In this document: positions 28,901 to 37,900 of the stretch, piece by piece
How positions within the stretch are numbered: position 1 is the stretch's first letter
How the letters are laid out: the number at the start of each line of letters is the position of its first letter
DNA from: an uncultured Clostridia bacterium
GTDB taxonomy: Bacteria > Bacillota > Clostridia > Christensenellales > UBA1242
DNA length: 64,000 nt
Assembly (NCBI GenBank): GCA_937925475.1
Contig: CALEWH010000022.1
Location: 82,835-146,834, forward strand
Direction: 5' to 3'
Program-made: the position numbers and the translations under genes
Notes under the pieces: model-generated
The model's input: the letters and a program-made list of their open reading frames with translations, nothing else
Databases searched by the model: none
Told to the model about the DNA's origin: nothing

Positions 28901-31900
28901 AGCGATTGCAAATGTAAAGCTTAGTGTTTGTTCTTGGAATATTACATAAACATATTCGTCTTTATTATCTTTGTTTACGACATATCTATTTGTCGCACTT
29001 TCTTTACTTGCAATCTTATTGCTTGTAGTAGGATTTGTGCCATCGTATATGCCTAGCAATTCATAACCATTTGCTACATCTACTAGTGTAAGATATATTT
29101 GATCGCCTTCATACCAGCTAAAATTGCTTGCTGTCGAATCAACAGTAGTAGGAGTATATCCAGTAATATAGTTGTTTGCATCTTTGACTGCATTTTTATA
29201 ATGCACTAGTGCATGACCATAATCACTATTTTCTTCTGATGTACTGCCATTATAGAAATATGTATAGTAGTTGGTCTCGTACCACGATACACTTGCAGTA
29301 ACATTAATCATCTCACTACCATCATTGATGATTGTATAAGTTTTGCTTATATTGCTATTTTTATAATAAGTACTATTATATTCTATCGAATATGTGAAGG
29401 ATTTTGTGCGTTCCATTATCACGCGCAAAACTTTTAAGTCGCTGTATTTTAATTGTTTTCTATTGAAAGTTGTATAACTTGTATTCCTTTCTACAAAGTT
29501 TCCACTTTCGTCATATAAGCCCATTACGTATTCAATATTGTTTCCGCCATTGTTTATTGTAAGGGCAAGTATCCACGCGTCCGGGATATTGGCATCCACT
29601 TTAAACACAAAGTCCACATGACCATTTGAGTTGTTGAATATACATTTAAAATTCATTGTATTTTCAACAGCAAGTGTAGTGTCAGAATTTATTTCACTCC
29701 AATTCCCATTATTTTTATTGTATTGCAATTTACCACAAACGCATGCGCTTGCAGGGACATATCTTACTGTATATTGTACAACACTGCTTGCATTAAGCAC
29801 TTTAATGGTTTTTACACCAGCTACCACGCTATATTGAAGTTTGTAGAAGTGTGGGATTTTATAGATTGCAGTTTGATTTTTGTTGTAAGTTTCCTTTGAG
29901 CCATCACTGCCGACAACTTCGATTGTGCCATCACCAGCACTTGTGCTTTCGATCTCAAACTTTATTTCATATTCTTTGACTTTTTCAATGGCTTCTAGAT
30001 AGATACTAAAATCGTTTTTATCCCTAGAAGAAGCAAAACTTGCGTGTCCGTCTGCAAACATTGAAATGTCGCATGTGTTTACAATTTCGTTGTTGTAGAT
30101 AAAGTTTGTGCCATTGTAAGTGATAGTAATGCCTTCGACTGATTTGTTTAGTCCAAGATATACTTTATAGCCAGCAAGTTCATAACCAGTGCTTAGGCTT
30201 AGTTTTTTCAAATTGACAGTGTTGCTTGCAGAGAAACTATCTGTCAAAGCAGATGCATGCACACCTTCGTATGTCAAGAAATAGTGTTTTTCACTTATAG
30301 GATAAATCTCAACATCTGAGTTAAGTGTATATCCACTATTTCCTATCTCAACTATCATTCCACTTGCATCTTTGTATCCCCAAATGTATTTAAAGTTTAG
30401 ACCACCGACCACACTTGTAGGAACTGTAGTAGAATTGCCGTCTTTATCAAATCTATATTCGACAAGAGTTTTTGGTGAATTAGCCGATATTTTATCGTTT
30501 GTAAGGGTTATGCCATAGTCAAAATACCTGGTGCCCATTACTTTGTTTCCAGACAAATCCATATCATAATATGTGACTTCTACTTGTTTTGCCTTGATGT
30601 AAACAATAATCTCAATACTTTCTGATTGATACATAAACGACAATTTATATCCAGTAGAAACTTCTTCAATTCTTAGTTTAGAGAATGCTGTTTCTGCCCC
30701 GCCATTTATCTTATATGTAAATTTGTCGATACTATAATAATCTGGATTTGCATTAACAATGACTGTTCCTTCTTTTAGATAATAATCAGTGCTTATCTCT
30801 TGCGCACTTAAAGATTCAAATGTTTTATCTATCTTTGTAGCGTCTGTTTCGCTCGAATATATGTAAGCATATGGAGTATTGGTCAATGTTGTTGTGTTGT
30901 TTACGCTCATTTGTAGACTTGTTTGAAGAGCGTCAAATAGCACATCAATGGCACAATCACCAGTAAGCAAAATCGAATATTTGCCACTTGCGTCCGGACT
31001 AAGTGTAGCAGCACTTGCTCCACCCATAGTGTATGTCACACTAGTAAGCTTAAATCCTTTTTCAGGGGTCAACACAAACTCGAATGTGTCGCTCGATGAA
31101 TAAGTAGTAAAGTTGTTGACACCATTTACTGCCTCACCATTGCCTACTTTGATACTTCCACCGATAAGTTCGGTCGAATACTCATCGCTTCCCGATTTAC
31201 TCATCAATGTTGCAGTTACTGTTACTGGATTTAGTTTGAATACGCCATAAATCACAACATCATTTTCATATTTAAACACAATCGAACTACCAAGTTTTAC
31301 AGCCGATGAAAGCGAATCATAAAAACCTGTAAATGTGTTTCCGTTTAGAGAAGTATATGTGATTTCGACTTGTCTACCATTTGCGTCAACAAATTTTGCT
31401 GTTCCGCCATTAGAATCAAATGTAAATGTGATTGTTGTGTCATAGTTTATTGAGTACACAGCAGGACTACTGACCGAACCCATAGATTCATTATTTGTAG
31501 CAAAAGAGATATTGTAAGAGTTTACCACAAATTCAGGTGTAAAGTATATTTCAAATTGATTATTTGCACTCAGGATAATGTCATTTTCAGGACTTATGCC
31601 ACAGTTTGACAAACTTGTACTGTCGAATTTGGATATCTTATATGTCTTATCGTTTCCACTTGTTTTGTACGAAACCGACCAACCTGCAAAAGAATATCCG
31701 GCTTTTGTAGGGTTTGCCACTGTGAATATATCGTTTACTCTGTATTTGTCTTTAAGAGTTTCGCTAATACTGCCATCTTCGTTTTTCACGATGATAGTAT
31801 ACATTTTTTCATAAGTAGGACTAATCTTTATATAGTCCACCTTATCAAAATCACTTTGAATAAAGTCATTTTTCAAATACGATGTGTATAATTTTGTTTT

Positions 31901-34900
31901 AGTAGTGTTGCTTTTAATTACACTTCCGCCTTTGTAGGCTTCTATTAAATAGCCAGTATGCGAATAATTGTTTTTAACGACCGCAGTAAGGCTTACAAAG
32001 TTGGAATAAACACCATTTGCGCTAGATAGATTTGAAGTGCCATCTCTATAAATCAACCAATGTTCTTGATCGCTAGAACCATTATTTACTACTACTTTGT
32101 ATAGTCTTTCCCACTTGCTATTTATAGTAATGTCACTAGTAAGCACCATATTTAGGTTTACATCACTGCCATCATATTGCCACGAAACAAATGTATTTTT
32201 TACTCCATTTGATGTTTGGTCTTGTGGCATTGTGACATCACTTAATGTGTTTATGCGGGCATTGTATTCATAATTTTTAGTATCAATTTGTGATCCGTCA
32301 TAACCTGTAAAACTTACAGTAATTGTCTTAGGCACAACAACAAACTTGAAAGTAAGTGGAGTTGTGCTTGTCAATGTATACCCTATTCTAAATTCATCAT
32401 AGTTTTCCGAAGCAGTAACCCATGTCCCTTCTATAAGTTGACCGGATTCTACGATATAGATGCCATATAGTTGCCAGTTTTGATCTGTTTCTAGGAAGTA
32501 AGTAATGTTAAGACTTGCCTTAGGATTGACTGACAATATCGAAGAACCTGAAATTGGATAATACTCTTCAATATTACAATTTTCTTTGTCTACTATTTGT
32601 ACACCATATATGTACTTAGCAGTAAGTCCACCATCCAGAGAAACTTCTTGACTCACATCTCTTCCGTCTACAAACTCGGATTTTTGAGTGATTTTTACAT
32701 AGCCATCGATAAAGTTTACATAAAGTGTAGCGCTGTCTTTAAGTGCTGTAATAGTAAGAGTCCAGCCACCGTTACTTACTTTAATGTCATCTCTTGATAC
32801 AGTACTAAGTGAAACAAAATTTCCACTAGAACCTTGAATGTACCAGCCGTCAAGCATATATACTTTATTTTGGTTTGAAGGGTCTTTAACTGTGATAGTG
32901 TACACCATAGCTCCAGATTCTGCACTATCAGAAACTGATGAAGTCGCTTGTCCACCAACAGTCAAAATTTCCCAATTGACAACTTGGTCATTGTGTCTAA
33001 CAGTAACATTTAGACTTACCACATCCTTATCGTAATTAAAGCCAATAAGGATATTGCTTACATATTTAAACTCACCATTATTTTTGATTGTTTCGTCAGA
33101 CCAACCATTGCTGTATTGGAATAGCCAGTTTGTAATTGAGTAATTTATATTTACACGATTAGCCTTTATGCTTACAGTAACTTCTTCGGTTGTGCGTGTG
33201 GTCAAATCTGTAATATGTTTGAAAGTGATAGACCAAGTGTTATCGCTTGCACTTACTGTGTAAGTAGAACCCGCTTCAACAGTATACTGTTTGCTGTCTG
33301 CATAATTTTTAGAGTTTGAATAAGTAAACTCAGTCGAATCTGGATTTGACGCAAACGAAATGGTCATAGTTGCTTTTTCCCACGCTGGGAATACAAAAAT
33401 GTCTTTTTGATTAGGTTTGTTTTGGGCAAGGAAGTCACTAACATTAAATTTGTGTGCAAAGTTTACTATTGTGCCATAATGGTCGCCCGCAACTCCGTCT
33501 TCTGAGTAGCAAAGATAGAAGCCTTTAAGAGTGTGTCCGTCTTTTTGATAAATGGCGGTAGCTTCGCTCTCGCTCATCAAAGTAAACTCTTCATTTAGTT
33601 TTATCTTTTTATTGTCATGACCTGCTGCTTGTGATTGATTTGATTCAGCACCTTTATATTGCACCGAATAAAAGTCTTTATAAACCGCTCTAATTGTAGT
33701 GTCTTGATAGTATTTGTTTTGAACACCAAAATCAACAGCAGTGCCATCTTCAAGTTCCCACGAGTCAAAATATGCATTTGCAGTGTCACTTGTTGTAGCA
33801 TCTGCTGGAAGTGAAATCACTTTGCCCGCTTTATATTTTTCTTGTTTACTATATCCAGTCGCTTCAATAACAAAAGTAACTTTTATTGTTTTGATTGGAT
33901 ACAAGTGGATTTCTTTTGTAGTCAAATATTGACTTGCAAGATCACTTGTAAGAACAAATGTAAATTTGGCGTCGTATGAAGTAGTTGCGCTAGGATTGTA
34001 GACATAGTCTGCTCCCGACATTACAAAACCTACATATTCGTCGCCATACACAAATTCGTTTGTATCTTCTTCTACAAGTGTGTATTCGTCTTTATCCTTA
34101 AACTCGCCAGCATTTGTTAGGTTTTCCCACACGACAATTTTGTACTCGTCAAGTAGGATTGGCGAAAGTGTAACATTTGTAGTAATTGTGAAGTGGTCAG
34201 CCATATTTTTAATATAGTTGTAACCGCTTCCACTTGTAATTGCTTTGTACTTGTTTCCATCTTGGTCAGCCCAACCTACAAACACCTTGCCCGCTACTTT
34301 GTCACTTACTTCCAAGAAAGGTGTGTTGTTTAGACCAGCACCTATGACTTTGCCGTCTTCTGCATCAATGGTTTGATTTGCTTTGCCAAAAGCACTTAGG
34401 TCATAAGTAAGTTTTAGCACTTTTTTGTAGACAGTAGTAAGAGTAAGTGTTTGTGTAACTACTCCCACTTCGATCTTTCCATCTACTACATTGTATGTCT
34501 TATTGTTTGCATCTTTAAATTGTACAAAACTATATTGGATTCCATTTGCATCATATATTGTTTGACGAGTAGTATCAAAATCAATATCTGGTGTATTGCC
34601 ATACTCGATTGATATACTATTTCGGCTATACTCTGACTCATTTACGTCAGTATACACAATAGTAATTGTAAGTGTATCAGCACCCCATTCGACTTCAAAC
34701 ACGATATCTTTTGTGTCTGGGTTTCCAAGACCATTTATATCTGTAGTAGCACCCGGATCAAATGTTTTGTTGCCATATTTCCAAGCATTTATATAGTGTC
34801 CAACTTTTATAAATGCAGTAGCATATTCATCAGCCGAAGGAAGTGTAAACACGCCACCTTCATACAATAATTCGGAGTCTGCAATAGTGTTTTTGCCATC

Positions 34901-37900
34901 TGTGTATTTTATCTCGTAAACTCTTGTCCATTGTGCATACAAATTGTACTTGCCGTTTTGTTTTAATGTGATAGTAGCACCTAGTGCGAAAGTTGTACCA
35001 TTATCGTCTTTCCAACTAGTGATCCTATACATCTCTTTTACAAAGCCTGTATCGGCTACTGCAATTAAACTATTTGCCACGCCATAACTTATTTCTTGTT
35101 CTTTCACTGTGTTAGTGCCATTATTTGCGTGATAAACAATGGTGATTTTTTTGGTTTCCCAGACAGCAACAAACACATCTGGCGTGCTATCTGTTATTTC
35201 GTACTCATCGCCAATATTGTAGACAGTGTCACCTATTTTCCAGCCTGTCAATACGTCTGAATATGCGTCTTTGTTAAGATCAAAAGCCTTGCCTTCGCTG
35301 TCCAATCCAACTTTAATTACATCACCTGTTGCGCCTGTAATTGTAGGATCAGTCACGCCATTTTTGCTTACATAGTAAGTAAACGAACGAAGTTTTGCCA
35401 TTTGCAAACGCACGACAATATATGTCGAGCCACCTTCGATAATGCTCTCGTCGATAGTGATCGACGCACCCATTTCGTAAGCGTTGTTGTTTAGATACCA
35501 CTTCAACGCACGATAACTTACACCATTATGAACCAAAATATTTTGGATATCGTCCGAACTTGGGATATTGAAAGAGTCCCCAAGAGTTTTATTGGAAAGT
35601 GTCGAGTTTTCGATCACTGGGGCATCATTGTCGCCATAAACTGCAACAAATTGGATTGTATATTTTTCTTTTTCAATTACTGGAATAATCTCAATATCTT
35701 TTGTAATGGTGTAGCCATATTTGACTTCTGTAATATCAAACTTGCTATCATCGTCACCCACTACTTTCCAGTATCTGTCATAGACATAACCAGTAGATGC
35801 AACAACACTACTGATATTATCGCGGACAAAACTAATAAGGTCGATTTCGTCACCGCTTACATATTGTACTTTTTTGCTCGAACTTCCTTCATATCTAAAT
35901 GTGCCGTCACTTGTAGCAAACGACAAATAATATAGTTGGGCATAACTTGCATACAAATCAAGTGTAAGAGTGCCATCGACATCGCTAAACAATAGAGTCA
36001 CATCTTCTTCACTTATTCCTAGTTTTTCTGCTAGGTATTTTAGTGAAAGTTCGACATCTTCAAATGTTTTGCCAAAATCTTTTCCGTCGATCAAAGTCCA
36101 TTTGTTTAGAGCCATATTTTCCACTTTAAAACCATCGTCAAGGCTTTGATCTGGAAGATTAAAGTTTTGTGCAAAAGGCACTGTCACAGTCTTTGCGACA
36201 GTTTCACTGCTGTCAGTGGATTTGTGATAGATTATGTTTATCTCTTTTGCGTCATAGCCACTTACAAGAGTAACATCAGATTCTACAACAAACTCATCAG
36301 TATTAATCACTTCGCCATTTCTGTACCATTTTCCGCTTTCATATCCAAAGTAGTTTTCAAGCGAAATATCAATTCCGCTCACATCATTAAGTGAAGTGCC
36401 ATATGCGATATTTTCATATACTACTGGGTCGCTCAACTTGTTTGTAACAGGATTTCTTCTGCTTAGAGTAAGTGTAAATGTTTCGATTTTTGTATACAAT
36501 GTGATTGTCATATCGCTATCAATCTCGACATAACACTTGTCAATGTCATCGATGTTTTCATCAATTCCACTGATTTTCCAGTAGTCATATACTATGCCGT
36601 CTGGAAGCGAAATTTTTGTCTTGATTTTGTTTGTGCTTATAAAGTCATTTACTGCCACACCGTGTCTTACTTTTTCAATTACTATTGTTTCAAAACCTTC
36701 TAGCGGATTTCCGTCAGGGTCTTTTACTTCGACACTAAGTGTGTATTCTTTGATGCTGTATTTTACATAAATGTTGACAGTGCTTGATTTTAGTGGATCA
36801 AACAAAGCCACTTTGTTTCCGTCAGCATCGTCATATTTTGTGGAAATAGTAATGTCAGTGCCATTTGCAAACACCACATCGCCACCAGCACTCAAAGTAA
36901 ATCCATCAAGTGCATAACCGCTTGGATTTGTGATAGTTTTGCTATCAGTGCCATAACCGATTATTTGACCAAGTGTAACTTTTGAAATGTTTACACCAAA
37001 GTCTTTGTATGTCATTCCGACTTGCAAGATTCTTGACGAACGCGAGCCGTCTACATTTGTGTTGTAGATATTAAGGGTGTATCTGATAGGTTCCCAAGAA
37101 GCATAAAGTGTAGTGTCAGTCGCAAACGCAACACTATTTCTGCTTACATAACGAGTGGCTGGCGAGTAGTTTTCAGTAACACCATCACTTGTAAATCTGT
37201 CTTTTGCTAGCACCCAACCTTTGAAAGTGTGATAAGGTCGAGTAGGATTTGGGCCTGTTGGGATAGAGATATTTTTGCCAGTCATAGTTTTGATTGACTC
37301 AGGGACATCTCCTTCGACATCTTCAAAGCCCTTGTCAAAACTTACTACTACTTGAGTTGTCCAAATAGCCTTTATTGTAAAGGTGTATTCGCCATCGTCA
37401 CGAGCTTGCGAAACCTTTGTACTATATTTGTACAAATCCGCTTGTTTTGATGAAGCGGTCAACATCTCTCCGTCATTGTATGTAGCCAAAACTTTGTTGT
37501 CGCTATCCACCAAAGCCCAACCACATAGCAAATATACGACGCTTCCCACAACATATGTTGCGTTGGACTCGCCTTGTGTGTTGATTGCATTGTAGACAAT
37601 GTGGTTTTCCCATTGTCCGTCTACTTTGGTGTTGTATTTCACAACTGGATTTTCTAGTAATTTAGCTTGAAGATACTCACTAAAAACAATGTTTTGTGGG
37701 TCTTTTTCTATGCAAGTAACTTTTCCGTCAGCAAGTGTATTGATAGAAAAATCATACTTGATATGATATTCGTTTGGCTTCCAATATGGATACAACGAAA
37801 CTGACCTTACGCCATTTGCAAAAAGGAAAGTGTCTTTTTCGCCCATTTGAGCCGCGTTTGTAATAAACTTGTAGTTTGTTTTTGTGTCGTATACTTCTGG